From positions 3,088-67,087 of the forward strand of contig CAYMXX010000001.1 of NCBI GenBank assembly GCA_964394545.1: 64,000 bases of DNA, given 5' to 3'. A model generated the notes under the pieces. That model was not told where the DNA came from. It did not search any database and worked only from the letters and a program-made list of their open reading frames with translations. The translations under genes and the position numbers were made by a program. Shown here piece after piece: positions 10,288 to 20,854 of this stretch; the first letter of the stretch is position 1, and each line of letters starts with the position of its first letter. Source of the stretch: an uncultured Clostridium sp. GTDB lineage: Bacteria > Bacillota > Clostridia > TANB77 > CAG-508.

Positions 10288-10880
10288 TTATTTTTTTAGT
10301 TTTGCCTCTTGCTCTTTTTCGTGTTTTATTCTAACTTCTATCGAAGCTATAACAAATGCTCTTTCTTTGAATGGCAAATCTAAAAACTCGTGTGGAAATT
10401 TATGAAGTTTTTGAAGGCAATAATGAGCATACAAAGCTTCATAATCGCCTTCTTCAATTAGTTTTTTGCTTCTTCAACAGCTTCTTCTAAATCATATCCA
10501 TTTATTCTTTGAATTTCTGCTGTTAAATCATCATACTCAGCAGCATTTAATAAATGTTTTGTTAACAAATCAATAGAATCCATCTCGTGATAGAAATTTA
10601 ATAATTCTGCATTATGAAGATCTGGGAACACAACACATTTATCTGTAAGTAGTTGCAAATATCTTATTGTGTCTAATTGTTGTTGATATCCCTTTTTCTT
10701 TCCATTTTGAACTATAACTTGTTTATAACATTGTTTTCTTAAATCTTCATTTTCCTTTGCAGTTATAGTTTTTAGTTTCCACGCTATTGGTTTTCCATTT
10801 TCATCTCTAAAATTTTTAGAAGCTACATATTCAAAAAACTCCTCTTTTTTCTCAATCATAAAAGCTTGTAAATTACTCAT
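10288..10880 (-). CDS. tail assembly chaperone with -1 programmed-frameshift extension (G/GT-like)
   Basis: 140-aa ORF 10458-10880 ends at ...EEAKN*; open -1 frame continues IEEGDYEALYAHY... to stop at 10288-10290 with no own start, between tube and TMP. Confidence 0.6.
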
Positions 10881-10905
10881 TATTATTACCTCTCTTTATT
10901 ATTTT

Positions 10906-11379
10906 TTATTGCATTCCTGCTAAAACATTAAATTTTGTTGGGTTTGAAAAATCTTCAAATGTAAATTCAATTTCTTGCTCTAAGAAATCCCCATCTACAT
11001 CAAAAGAAGCCAATACTCCACCATTTATATTGCAGTCTTTAAATATCATTGAGCATACTCCTGCTGCACTTGTTGGATCTTCATTTGACACTTGTGTATC
11101 AAAATAAACATCTTCTCCAGTATTTTTGTATCTTTCCATAAGTTCATCAAATATTGATGTATTCTTATAGATAGTCATTTTACCTGTACCTTTCCAGCCA
11201 GTAGATTTATTTCCTGCACCAGTTTTCCCTAAAATATTTATTTCCTTTTTAGTTTTTTCAAACTTTGCTTCAAAATCTTTTGCTTGCATTAAAAGGTATC
11301 TTCTTCCTTCAATAGTAACATAGCATTCAGCTAGTTTTGCACTAATAGCATCTTTAGCATTCATTGTTATATTTGACAT
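10906..11379 (-). CDS. tail tube protein (XkdM-like)
   Basis: 157 aa directly after sheath gene. Confidence 0.6.
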   Translation of the reverse strand: MSNITMNAKDAISAKLAECYVTIEGRRYLLMQAKDFEAKFEKTKKEINILGKTGAGNKSTGWKGTGKMTIYKNTSIFDELMERYKNTGEDVYFDTQVSNEDPTSAAGVCSMIFKDCNINGGVLASFDVDGDFLEQEIEFTFEDFSNPTKFNVLAGMQ

Positions 11380-11431
11380 TATAAATTCCTCCTTTATATA
11401 AAATAAAAAGAGAACAATTTAATGTTCTCCA

Positions 11432-12721
11432 TTATTCAACTACTACGGTCATATATAATTTTTCCATAGCATTTATTATTTGCACTGCAGAATTAATACT
11501 TACAGATTTTTTGTCATTTCCTATTTCTACAGTAATGTCTGTATCTTCAAAGTTTTCTATTGCTTGTATTTGTTGATATTCTTTAAATAATGTTGCTACA
11601 TCATTCCATAATGATGTTCTTCCAGATTCATTATTTGCAATCTTACCTAAATACTTTGTATTAAATACAGAACTTACGTCAGTAGCAATTTGATCTAACA
11701 CTCTAATAGTTTGATTTGATTTAAAGTCTTCTCCTTTTTCTTCTGTTGTTGTAACTAAGCTGTTTATATCGACAAGAACTCTAGTTTCATCTCCAACTTT
11801 ATGTAATACAAATTCTCCGGCATCAATTGATGCTTCTAATTGTGCTTGTGTATAATCAGCAACTATATCAAACTCTCCATCGTATGTTTTATTAGTATTT
11901 GATTTATTAATTTCACAACCAGCTATTACACCAGTTACCCAATAAATTGCAGCAGTAGTTGATTCTTCAGCAGTATTTTTTACATTTACTACACCCTCAT
12001 AATCTGCAGCATTGTTATAAACAACTGCTTGTAATTTTATTCCTAATTTATCTCTTAAACGTTTTACATATTCTACATATAAACTAGAAACTGATTTTAC
12101 ATCAGATAAACATCCTACCGCATTGCATTTATATGACTCTAATTTATCAAGGAAGTTTTGATGTGCATCTCCACTTACTTCTCCATTAGTTCCATTCTCT
12201 AATGATGTTCCTGCTGTAACTTCAAGTGCTTTATCTTTAAATGTTACAAAATCATTTGCAACAAGTTCACTCGCTTTTGATACTGTTTGTTTATCTACTT
12301 CTTTTGTTCCCAAATATGTAGAAACATCATATTTTGTTCCGTCATCTACATTTTTTTGAATAACGATTTTTAAATCGTTTCCTCTTGTACCGCTACAAAC
12401 AGCAGTAGCAATATCATTACTTGCTTGCACTCCTTTGTTTAATTTATATAAATATGCTTTTGTTACATTTTTAAATAAATCTCTTAATCCTTTTAATTTA
12501 TCATCTGCATAGTCATATCCAAATAAACTAACTGAGTTTTTTGCAAATTCTTCGCCTGTTACAGCTATAATTGATTCATCTTTTCCCCAATCAAGTTCAA
12601 GAGCCATTGCTGCAATACCTCTTTCTCCTATGGTTGAAGATGCTTTTTGAGCAGATGCAAAATTTATATATGCACCTGGCAACTTTTTGTTTTGACTTGT
12701 AAATGTTCCTCCACCTAACAT
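11432..12721 (-). CDS. contractile tail sheath protein (XkdK-like)
   Basis: 429 aa, N-terminal LPGAYINF sheath-like start, followed by tube. Confidence 0.75.
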   Translation of the reverse strand: MLGGGTFTSQNKKLPGAYINFASAQKASSTIGERGIAAMALELDWGKDESIIAVTGEEFAKNSVSLFGYDYADDKLKGLRDLFKNVTKAYLYKLNKGVQASNDIATAVCSGTRGNDLKIVIQKNVDDGTKYDVSTYLGTKEVDKQTVSKASELVANDFVTFKDKALEVTAGTSLENGTNGEVSGDAHQNFLDKLESYKCNAVGCLSDVKSVSSLYVEYVKRLRDKLGIKLQAVVYNNAADYEGVVNVKNTAEESTTAAIYWVTGVIAGCEINKSNTNKTYDGEFDIVADYTQAQLEASIDAGEFVLHKVGDETRVLVDINSLVTTTEEKGEDFKSNQTIRVLDQIATDVSSVFNTKYLGKIANNESGRTSLWNDVATLFKEYQQIQAIENFEDTDITVEIGNDKKSVSINSAVQIINAMEKLYMTVVVE

Positions 12722-12724
12722 AGT

Positions 12725-12907
12725 TTACACCTTTCCTTTCTTAAAATTTTCAATTATTTCATCTACTTCTTTCAAAGTATATTCTTTATCATTTTTTAAT
12801 ATTGCATTTAATAAATCAACATTGTTTCTATATTTTTTAGCAGACACTATTTGTTTTTTTGTAAATTTATCATCCGTTGTAATTTCTTCATTCTTTTTCT
12901 TAGCCAT
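12725..12907 (-). CDS. hypothetical small structural protein
   Basis: 60 aa ORF tightly packed in operon. Confidence 0.3.
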   Translation of the reverse strand: MAKKKNEEITTDDKFTKKQIVSAKKYRNNVDLLNAILKNDKEYTLKEVDEIIENFKKGKV

Positions 12908-13340
12908 TATTTTTTACCTCCTCGTTATAATTCATTTCACCCATTTTGGTACTCTCAGTATCTTTTTTATTAATAAATATCTTATAATCAATAAAGAAGT
13001 GCAACACATTATCTTTTATAGTAGGTTTTAAGCTATCAGCTCTTATTAAAATGCCATTATTTAGTTTTATATATTCTAAATAATATAATTTGTCAGCCAT
13101 ATCATTCAAACTTGGTCTATCGTCATTTTCAGCAAAACCTGTAACATCAAAATGTAATGTGTCTAAATAGCTTTTTATTTCTAGCCCTATTTGTCTAGTT
13201 TCTTCTCCATCTAAATAATTAATAAAAAAACATGGTTTTTCTAAACCCTGCTCTACTCCATCGTCATATACGTGATACCCATCTCCAAATATTTCTTTTA
13301 TCTTTAAGGATATACCTGTAATTATTTCATTAATAACCAT
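12900..13340 (-). CDS. hypothetical tail/neck protein
   Basis: operon position. Confidence 0.35.
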   Translation of the reverse strand: MVINEIITGISLKIKEIFGDGYHVYDDGVEQGLEKPCFFINYLDGEETRQIGLEIKSYLDTLHFDVTGFAENDDRPSLNDMADKLYYLEYIKLNNGILIRADSLKPTIKDNVLHFFIDYKIFINKKDTESTKMGEMNYNEEVKNNG

Positions 13341-13905
13341 TATTAAAACACTCCTCCATAAACTTCGTTAATTTTTTTTCTATTAACTTCGGCAATTGTG
13401 ATTCTAATTCTTTTTCAGAAATCGTAAGCATAAATGCTCCTGGTACCCACGCTGTTTTTAATTTTTTTCCAATTGCAGGAACAAATCTACCTGGCTCTTG
13501 TCTGTGTCCAAATTCAACATAAGAAGCATATTCTACTGGATTTTTAACAATTATTATATAATTATTTCCCATTCTAAGTATTTTTAATGAATTAGCATAA
13601 GCTTTTGCATTTGGTACTTTTCCACCTTCTGCTTCAGCTTGTGTATTAGCTGTCCAACCTCGTCTTAAAACTCCACCATCTTTTACTTTGTATATTTTTT
13701 TTATTCCATCTTTTTCGTTAAATTCAAATGTACCTTCTCCTACTGGTGTCCTTTTTATAACCTTTGAAAGTAATCTTGCTGCCAATTCTTTTGATACATC
13801 TTCGCAAAATGTTTTTACATCGAATTTAGACATTTTTTCTAATTTCTGTACCAGTTTCTCTAATTGTTTATAATCACAATTTCCCCATTTAGCCATTATG
13901 CCCAC
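13330..13905 (-). CDS. tail completion protein (HK97 gp10-like)
   Basis: 191 aa, position between connector genes and sheath. Confidence 0.4.
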   Translation of the reverse strand: MGIMAKWGNCDYKQLEKLVQKLEKMSKFDVKTFCEDVSKELAARLLSKVIKRTPVGEGTFEFNEKDGIKKIYKVKDGGVLRRGWTANTQAEAEGGKVPNAKAYANSLKILRMGNNYIIIVKNPVEYASYVEFGHRQEPGRFVPAIGKKLKTAWVPGAFMLTISEKELESQLPKLIEKKLTKFMEECFNNGY

Positions 13906-14267
13906 CCCTTAAACTTAACAAGCATAATTTCTTGATGTGTATCATATACAGCTGGTTCTCCACTATTTTTATATTCTGTTGTTCTACCTCTTTGAGTAAC
14001 TATAATCTTTGAGCCTGGCCTAATATTTATTTCTGGAGCAATAAATAATTTTATTTTAGTAATTACCTTTGTTTCTGTATCAGTTTCAGTATTTACATAT
14101 ACTTCTTCAAAAGAAATTTTACAAGGTTGATCTTTCTTTACAACTTCTTCTACAAAATGAGTAATATTTGAATTTTCTTTTAATTTTTCTTTGTGTTCAA
14201 TAATATTACACTTTCCATCATATTGACTCTCTATTTCTTTTCTTGCAGCTAGCATATAAGAATTCAT
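13896..14267 (-). CDS. head-tail joining protein
   Basis: operon position. Confidence 0.35.
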   Translation of the reverse strand: MNSYMLAARKEIESQYDGKCNIIEHKEKLKENSNITHFVEEVVKKDQPCKISFEEVYVNTETDTETKVITKIKLFIAPEINIRPGSKIIVTQRGRTTEYKNSGEPAVYDTHQEIMLVKFKGWA

Positions 14268-14268
14268 A

Positions 14269-14748
14269 CTACCACCTCATCTTTCGATGTCTGTATAAAT
14301 CTTTTTTATATTTTTCTGTAAGAATGTCCTCTGAGAAATCAATTGTTCCTGTGTTATATGTAACACCATTTATATTTATTTGTGAGCATGTATCTGCAAA
14401 AGTTGTTGTTGTATCTCCTGCTTGAATACTTTTGATTTTAATATTATTATTCTTTTCGGAATTATCTTCACTATTTGAAACAAATTTATCGTCATATTTA
14501 TTTAAATACCAATAATCTACTACCATTCTTAACCACGTAGTATATAAGCCTTCTGGAACTTTAGATTGATGTGTTACATCTAAAATAATAATCATTACAT
14601 CATAAACAGAATACATTAATTGTTCCTCTGCTGATGTCTTTTGTTTTTTATCAGTAATAGTATCAATTGATAATTCTTTTGATAATCTTTTAATGAACAC
14701 ATCTACATCTATTTTAGTTCTATTTTTAATTTTTTCTAATATATCCAT
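14269..14748 (-). CDS. head-tail connector protein
   Basis: operon position after capsid. Confidence 0.35.
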   Translation of the reverse strand: MDILEKIKNRTKIDVDVFIKRLSKELSIDTITDKKQKTSAEEQLMYSVYDVMIIILDVTHQSKVPEGLYTTWLRMVVDYWYLNKYDDKFVSNSEDNSEKNNNIKIKSIQAGDTTTTFADTCSQININGVTYNTGTIDFSEDILTEKYKKDLYRHRKMRW

Positions 14749-14756
14749 TTAATCAC

Positions 14757-15200
14757 CTACTCTCCTTTTGGATTTGGGTTTTCTCCTGCTTCGGCTTCTT
14801 CAATTTTAGCAATTAAAGTTTCTTTTTTCATATTATGAACATTCTTTATTCCTAGTTCTTTTGCTTTTTCTTTTAATGCTTCTAATTCTTTATCAGCATT
14901 GTCGCCTGTATTATCGTTTGAATTATCGCCTGTGTTTTTCTCTGCAGAAAGATCTGCAGTTTCTTTTTTGTAGTTTTCTACATATAATTCTAGGTCTTTT
15001 CTCAATTCTTCTAAATCTATTGTTTCATCTTTTACAACTATTTCAATTACTCTTTCATTTGTTTCCTTAATATCTTCTATTACATCAACAAATGATTTTT
15101 TTAAATTGTATTCTTCTTCACTTATAATAGCTTCATTTCCTTTAAAACACCATTTGCCATTAAGTTTTACACCTGCATTTTTTGGAGTTACTCTTTTCAT
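14757..15200 (-). CDS. hypothetical protein with Rho-N-like C-terminal segment
   Basis: C-terminal KELGIKNVHNMKKETLIAKIEEAE resembles Rho N-terminal/SAP-like motif. Confidence 0.3.
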   Translation of the reverse strand: MKRVTPKNAGVKLNGKWCFKGNEAIISEEEYNLKKSFVDVIEDIKETNERVIEIVVKDETIDLEELRKDLELYVENYKKETADLSAEKNTGDNSNDNTGDNADKELEALKEKAKELGIKNVHNMKKETLIAKIEEAEAGENPNPKGE

Positions 15201-15250
15201 ATAAAATCACCTCTTAATTAAAATTTAAAAGGTAAAGGCTTGGAGTGCCT

Positions 15251-16279
15251 TTACCCTAGATTTATTGTTGCTTGGAACAACTCATCAGCACATTTTAAAG
15301 CTGGTAATGCTGTAGCAACTGCTTTTTCCCAAGTGCTAACTGGGTCTTTTCCTTCTTCATACATCATAGCAAGTATTTTTCCTACTAATTTAATGTCAAC
15401 TGAAGGATCTCTTTGAAGTCTAATTTCTTCTGCTGTAGGTCCATATATAGTTTCTCCTAAAGTTTCTCCAGGCATCATAACAAATGCGTTTTCTGGGAAA
15501 TATCTATGCTTTGTATATTTTCCATTATCACCTAATTTTCTATATTTTGCATCGTATGTATAGATTTTTGGTAATTGTAAACTTTCTAAATAAGTATTCA
15601 ATTCCCCAACACTAGCAATTCTTGTGCTATCTTTACCAAATAATGCATTTATAACATTTTTATTTGATAAAATTTTTGCTAATACAGTTGTAGATGTTAA
15701 TACTCTTGTTGGTGCTGTATCTAATTGATTTTTCCAAGTAATCATATCATTAATTGGATTTGCATCAGGTGAACTCCAGTCTACCGCTGCAGCTTTGTTT
15801 TCTGCTGGAACACCAAAGTCAATAACTGCATCTAAGTTATTTTCATTTAATGTTATTTTTCCAGTAGCAACAATTTCCATTCTCATTGCTTCTATTCTTG
15901 CTCTAATACTTTCTACTAAAGCATCAAAATCAGCATATACATTTTTCATTAAACATGCTTTTTCTGCCTCATTTCTTGGAGATTCTAAAGCAATTATTTC
16001 TCTTTCTTTTAGTTGCATTTTTCTTTTAATTAAAGCTAATTCAATTGCTTTTTTCTCAGCTTCTCTTTGTCCAATTTCTGACTCTGTATCAAATCCATGA
16101 ACAGATGCGATAACTGGTGTTCTGCTTCCATTAGTTAACATATCAAATTCTAATGATTGTCTTTTAACTTCTGGGAATAATTCCTCTCCTAACATTGTAG
16201 GATATTTTCTTTCTTTTAAATAATTTAATATTTCTTTTTGATTAAATAATTCTAATACACTTTTAGGCATATTAAACAC
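15251..16279 (-). CDS. major capsid protein
   Basis: 342 aa following scaffold gene; abundant-protein composition. Confidence 0.6.
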   Translation of the reverse strand: MFNMPKSVLELFNQKEILNYLKERKYPTMLGEELFPEVKRQSLEFDMLTNGSRTPVIASVHGFDTESEIGQREAEKKAIELALIKRKMQLKEREIIALESPRNEAEKACLMKNVYADFDALVESIRARIEAMRMEIVATGKITLNENNLDAVIDFGVPAENKAAAVDWSSPDANPINDMITWKNQLDTAPTRVLTSTTVLAKILSNKNVINALFGKDSTRIASVGELNTYLESLQLPKIYTYDAKYRKLGDNGKYTKHRYFPENAFVMMPGETLGETIYGPTAEEIRLQRDPSVDIKLVGKILAMMYEEGKDPVSTWEKAVATALPALKCADELFQATINLG

Positions 16280-16320
16280 TCTCCTTTTTTATTTTATTTT
16301 TTACATTTTCGTAGATATTT

Positions 16321-16626
16321 CTATCTAAATTTAATTCCTGTCATTGTAGCTTTATCAGCTGACTCAACAGTTTTCGGTAATCTTGATTCTATAACATATC
16401 CTTCAACCATAATAGCTGCAGGTTGTGGACCATTTGTTACATCTACATCAGCAAATACAAGTCCAATTGCTTTTTCGTCTTCCTTGTATACTGTCCCTGC
16501 TTGCACTATCTTTCTACCATTTTCATCTGCTTCTATTCCTGTATCATCTACTTGATAAGTAAAGTTTTGAAATTTAGCAGATGCTAAAAAATTAACTTCA
16601 TTTACACTTTCTTTTTTTACATACAT
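16321..16626 (-). CDS. hypothetical head protein
   Basis: between scaffold and capsid. Confidence 0.3.
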   Translation of the reverse strand: MYVKKESVNEVNFLASAKFQNFTYQVDDTGIEADENGRKIVQAGTVYKEDEKAIGLVFADVDVTNGPQPAAIMVEGYVIESRLPKTVESADKATMTGIKFR

Positions 16627-16645
16627 AATTTTTACCTCCTAAAAT

Positions 16646-17332
16646 TTAATTAAAGAATAGGCTCTTTTTCTCGCCCTCTTCATTCTTGTTAGCTTCCTTT
16701 GCAAAATTTGAAGCCATACTTATACCATCTCCATCGTCTCCTTTTCCACCATTTCCGTCTGGCTCACCTTGTTGAGAACCACCGACTTGAGTTTCAAAGA
16801 AATGTGGGTCAGTATTCTTTAAAGCATCTAATTGTTCTTTTATACCGATTAATGTTTTTCCTTCTTTATCAGTTGTAATCTTTGTCAAATCCAAAGATCC
16901 TTTTACTGCATTTATATTATTTTCGGTATTTCTTACTTTAGCATCTTTGAATGCTGTTTTTAAAAGTTCATTGAAAATATAATCCGAATGTTCTTTTTTC
17001 GCATTATCTTCAATTTCTTTTACTTTCTTGTCATATTCTTCTTTTGTAATTGAATTCTTTTGTAAATCATTGAGAGCTTTTTCTTTCTCTCCTTTTTCTT
17101 TTTCAAGAACTTGTTTATCGTTCTCTAATTGTGATTTTTCAGATTTTAAGGTTGTAATCTGAGTATTAAGTGCAGCAACCTCTGCACCATTTTTAGCCAT
17201 TACAGATTCTATCTGTTCATCTGTTAGGCCCATAGTTTTTAGTTCTTCTCTTTTCATGAGTTCTCCTTTCAATTCAGGCATTCGTTTTTTTATACGGAGC
17301 AACGCCTCCGACCTGGTGTTGTTTTCGAACAA
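16646..17332 (-). CDS. scaffolding protein
   Basis: 228 aa highly charged coiled-coil (EKEKGEKEKALNDLQK), precedes capsid. Confidence 0.55.
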   Translation of the reverse strand: MFENNTRSEALLRIKKRMPELKGELMKREELKTMGLTDEQIESVMAKNGAEVAALNTQITTLKSEKSQLENDKQVLEKEKGEKEKALNDLQKNSITKEEYDKKVKEIEDNAKKEHSDYIFNELLKTAFKDAKVRNTENNINAVKGSLDLTKITTDKEGKTLIGIKEQLDALKNTDPHFFETQVGGSQQGEPDGNGGKGDDGDGISMASNFAKEANKNEEGEKKSLFFN

Positions 17333-17526
17333 CTTACAAAATCGTTATATATAAAAAATAAGTATGTAAATATGCATACCTACTTTTATAACTTTGTTAT
17401 GGTTGTTTAAGAATCCATTTAATCTGCCGCTACCTTACAGACACCAAAAAAAGACATATAAAACTATATGCCTTAAAAATAAAATCGCCTTAAATCCAAT
17501 TGTCGTTGGTCGATTTTTCGCTATTT

Positions 17527-17763
17527 TTATAGTGTTTCCATACTTTTTATTTCATTTTCAAATAATGAATAAATTTTGTTGTCTTTTTTATTTTCAATAC
17601 TTATTTCTTCTATTTCTGGATCATTATCTTCAGCTGGTACATATCCAATAATCATCCCTTCATATTCATTACCACTAAATGTTTTTATTTTTACTTTTTT
17701 ATTCAATAATTCCTCTAAATTTCTACCTTTCATTTTAGTTTCCACCTTTCCTATAAGGGACAA
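17527..17763 (-). CDS. hypothetical protein
   Basis: 78 aa ORF. Confidence 0.3.
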   Translation of the reverse strand: MSLIGKVETKMKGRNLEELLNKKVKIKTFSGNEYEGMIIGYVPAEDNDPEIEEISIENKKDNKIYSLFENEIKSMETL

Positions 17764-19309
17764 TATGTGTTCCTGTTTTACTATAATGTATTTTAAAGCT
17801 ATTTGTTTTTATTTCTTTATCCTTATTTTTTACTACTCCTATTGTTTCATTTACTGTTATAATTTCTTTTTTATTCCATTTACCACTATCACTAAATTCT
17901 AATATACCTTTTCCAGCATATTGATTTATTAATTCTTGTGCTTTTTCTTTTGATATAGTTAAATAGCTTCTTCCTTCAATATAATTATTTGCTCCAATTA
18001 TATGTTTATCTTGTCTTCCTTGATTTATCAATTTATTTACATTGCTAATATATGTTTTAGCTCTTTCTTCTGTTGTTATTCCTAAAGCATCAGAATATTG
18101 TGCTTTTAGGTTTTTCCAACTATCAACATTATTATACTTCATTTCTTGGAATTTTTCAAATGTTTTAGGTATTTCATCTCCTAGTACTTTTCTATATCTT
18201 TTGTATTGTTCAAAGTCAGTAGACTTGTTTTTATTCATCTTTGTACTTATTTCAAATGCTTTTTTTGTTTCTGGGTTTGAATATACATATTTTTCTAACC
18301 ATTCATTATAATTTATATTACTTGGTACATAATAAGTTTTTCCATTAGTATTTCTTGCTGCTCTTTCTCCAAATTCATATTCGTCTTCAAAAAATGGAGC
18401 TGTTGTACTTCTACACCTTACATGAAATGGTGGTGCTGTTGTTCCTTCTTTATAATCTGACATTTTATTTACTTTTCCGTCTAGTTCTCTGCATATTTCA
18501 GATGTATGTGAATCCAATGTTGCAACTATCTCGTATTTTTCTACTCCTAAATCCTTAAAACATTCCTTTCTTGCATTGCTAGAAAAAAAAGCAGACTCTG
18601 TCATTACTAAAGTACCTGCTCTATTCTTACTCACTCCAAATGTCTTTGAAATTTTTTCTATTATTTCATCTGGAGCTTTTCCTCTTATTATTGATTGTGT
18701 CAATTCTGTTTGCAATGTATTAATTAATGATTTTTTATTTTTCCATATTCTATCACTAAATGTTAATCCATCACTTGTCCAAGGTTTAGATATTACTTTC
18801 TTTATAGTATCCATATCTAATACTGCAACTTGAAATGCCACATTATGACCTTTTTGTAATTCATAAGCTAATTTATAATATGTATCTTTGTATGCTTCAA
18901 TTATAAAATCCTCTGTTGAGTGTTGTTCATTATATGATAATTTTTCTATCTCTTGTTGTATTTGAATTTGTAATGCTTCTAGTCTTGAAATGTGTACTTT
19001 TGCACTTGCATTTTCCAATTCTTTTTTCCATATTAAATCAATACCATTTTCTTGGCCATATTTTATATATTCATCAACATCCCATTTCAATTCTTTCAGT
19101 TCACTTGCATTAAGCCATTTTTTTGAGTCTTTTAATGATATTTGATTATTAATTGAAAATCTGGCTAGCCAACTTCTTGTTTCTTTTTTTATATTGGCCA
19201 ATGCTTTCTCATATTGTTCCTTTAATTCTTCTGTGTACTTTGTTTCATTTAATATTTGGCTTTTTTCTAGTTCTTCAAGTCTTTTTTTCCAGTATTCACT
19301 ATTATTCAT
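17735..19309 (-). CDS. head morphogenesis protein, phage Mu F / SPP1 gp7 family
   Basis: TSEICRELDGKVNKMSDYKEGTTAPPFHVRCRSTTAPF = Mu-F signature. Confidence 0.75.
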   Translation of the reverse strand: MNNSEYWKKRLEELEKSQILNETKYTEELKEQYEKALANIKKETRSWLARFSINNQISLKDSKKWLNASELKELKWDVDEYIKYGQENGIDLIWKKELENASAKVHISRLEALQIQIQQEIEKLSYNEQHSTEDFIIEAYKDTYYKLAYELQKGHNVAFQVAVLDMDTIKKVISKPWTSDGLTFSDRIWKNKKSLINTLQTELTQSIIRGKAPDEIIEKISKTFGVSKNRAGTLVMTESAFFSSNARKECFKDLGVEKYEIVATLDSHTSEICRELDGKVNKMSDYKEGTTAPPFHVRCRSTTAPFFEDEYEFGERAARNTNGKTYYVPSNINYNEWLEKYVYSNPETKKAFEISTKMNKNKSTDFEQYKRYRKVLGDEIPKTFEKFQEMKYNNVDSWKNLKAQYSDALGITTEERAKTYISNVNKLINQGRQDKHIIGANNYIEGRSYLTISKEKAQELINQYAGKGILEFSDSGKWNKKEIITVNETIGVVKNKDKEIKTNSFKIHYSKTGTHIVPYRKGGN

Positions 19310-20853
19310 TAATTATCACCAACTTTTGTTCCATCATTTCCATCAGCATTTTTATTTAATTCATTTATCATCTTTGTGTATTCATTGTCTTGTTCCTTTT
19401 CTAATTCTTCTTTTTCTTCTTTTATTTTTTCTAATTCATCTTCTACATTCTCTACATAAGGATGTTTTGCTAAAATTGTTTTTCTACTTAAAATATCTAA
19501 ACTATTATTACAATTTTCAATTAATTCTTTTTCATTTATAGTCATAGTTTTATTAAATATAAATTCAACTTCATTTTTTGTAAAATCCTTATTATCTTTT
19601 ATCGCATACCATTCATCTACAAATGATTTAAAATATTCTAAACTACTTTTAAATTCTGTTTCTATGTTTGAGCAATCTAAATCTAAATCAGCATATAATT
19701 GTTTTAATGCTACACCAGAGTCTTGTGTTCCAAACTTTTCACTTTGTGTATCAACACCAAATCCACCCTCATATATATCTTTCCTTAATTGTTCAATAAA
19801 TGATTTAAATGCCTCTATTGTTATTTCTATATTTTTTCTATCATATTCTCCATCAGAATCTAAAAATACTGTATTATAAGTTTGAAGATTTTTTTGGAAT
19901 GTTCCCGCTTCCTGTTGATAGTTTTTTACTACATTTACTCCATCTGGTGCTTCGTATATACTATCTCCCATTTTAGAACATAATTCATCATAGCAATCTA
20001 ATAAAGCTTTTAAGAAATGTATTAATGGGAGTTCATCTCCATTATATTTAAAATAAATAAATGGGATACGTTTCTCCCATAATCTAACTTTACCATTTAC
20101 AGTATAATGTCCTAATATTGCTGTTCCTTCTGTATCTTTTCCAATTATTAAATGTTTTCTTCTTTCAACTTCTTCAACATCTTCAATTAATGTATTAGCA
20201 TCATATATATAGTATCTTACTCCTTCTGAATCATAATATTGTACTTTTGTCTTGGTTTCTTTTGTATCTTCAGAAGTATAAATTTCAACATCATAAAACA
20301 TAATTAAAGCATCAAGTACTTCGTGTTCTTCATCTTTCCATATTGGTACAATTCTTGTAGCATAACGTAATCTTACTTTAAAATCTCCATTTTCATCAAT
20401 ATATATTTGCCACCACCCAAACGCTCTCTTTACTGCCTCTATTAATGTATATTTAAGTCTTTTATGCATTTTGTTGTCAAATATATCCTTTAATGCTTCT
20501 TTGTAATCTTCATCTTCATTTTTGCCCTTTTCAACAACTTGCTTTATTGTTGGCTTTTTTCTCATTAAATATCCTGCTTTTTGATTAATCATTTTATAAA
20601 GAATAGGATGTCCTAATTGATAGTTTTTTGCGTGAGGTGCAACAACTTCTTGTCCATTTTCATCTATGTATGTTCTTACTTTCTCGTTTATTTCTCCCTC
20701 ATTTTTATAATATTTGCTACCTTTTACCATTTCTTTAAATGTTTTTGATTCTTTGAATTCATTTATTTCCATACTAATAAATTTTGAAAGTGGCATTCCT
20801 TTTTTTGCACCTTCTTTTAATATAAAATCAATTTTTTCCATTTCTGTAATCAT
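19309..20853 (-). CDS. portal protein
   Basis: 514 aa between terminase and MuF-like gene. Confidence 0.7.
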   Translation of the reverse strand: MITEMEKIDFILKEGAKKGMPLSKFISMEINEFKESKTFKEMVKGSKYYKNEGEINEKVRTYIDENGQEVVAPHAKNYQLGHPILYKMINQKAGYLMRKKPTIKQVVEKGKNEDEDYKEALKDIFDNKMHKRLKYTLIEAVKRAFGWWQIYIDENGDFKVRLRYATRIVPIWKDEEHEVLDALIMFYDVEIYTSEDTKETKTKVQYYDSEGVRYYIYDANTLIEDVEEVERRKHLIIGKDTEGTAILGHYTVNGKVRLWEKRIPFIYFKYNGDELPLIHFLKALLDCYDELCSKMGDSIYEAPDGVNVVKNYQQEAGTFQKNLQTYNTVFLDSDGEYDRKNIEITIEAFKSFIEQLRKDIYEGGFGVDTQSEKFGTQDSGVALKQLYADLDLDCSNIETEFKSSLEYFKSFVDEWYAIKDNKDFTKNEVEFIFNKTMTINEKELIENCNNSLDILSRKTILAKHPYVENVEDELEKIKEEKEELEKEQDNEYTKMINELNKNADGNDGTKVGDN

Positions 20854-20854
20854 C

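Noticed and set aside
17290-17330. GC-rich patch GGAGCAACGCCTCCGACCTGGTG as a repeat or RNA element
   Set aside because: It lies inside the scaffold ORF N-terminus (MFENNTRSEALLR) and has no second copy.
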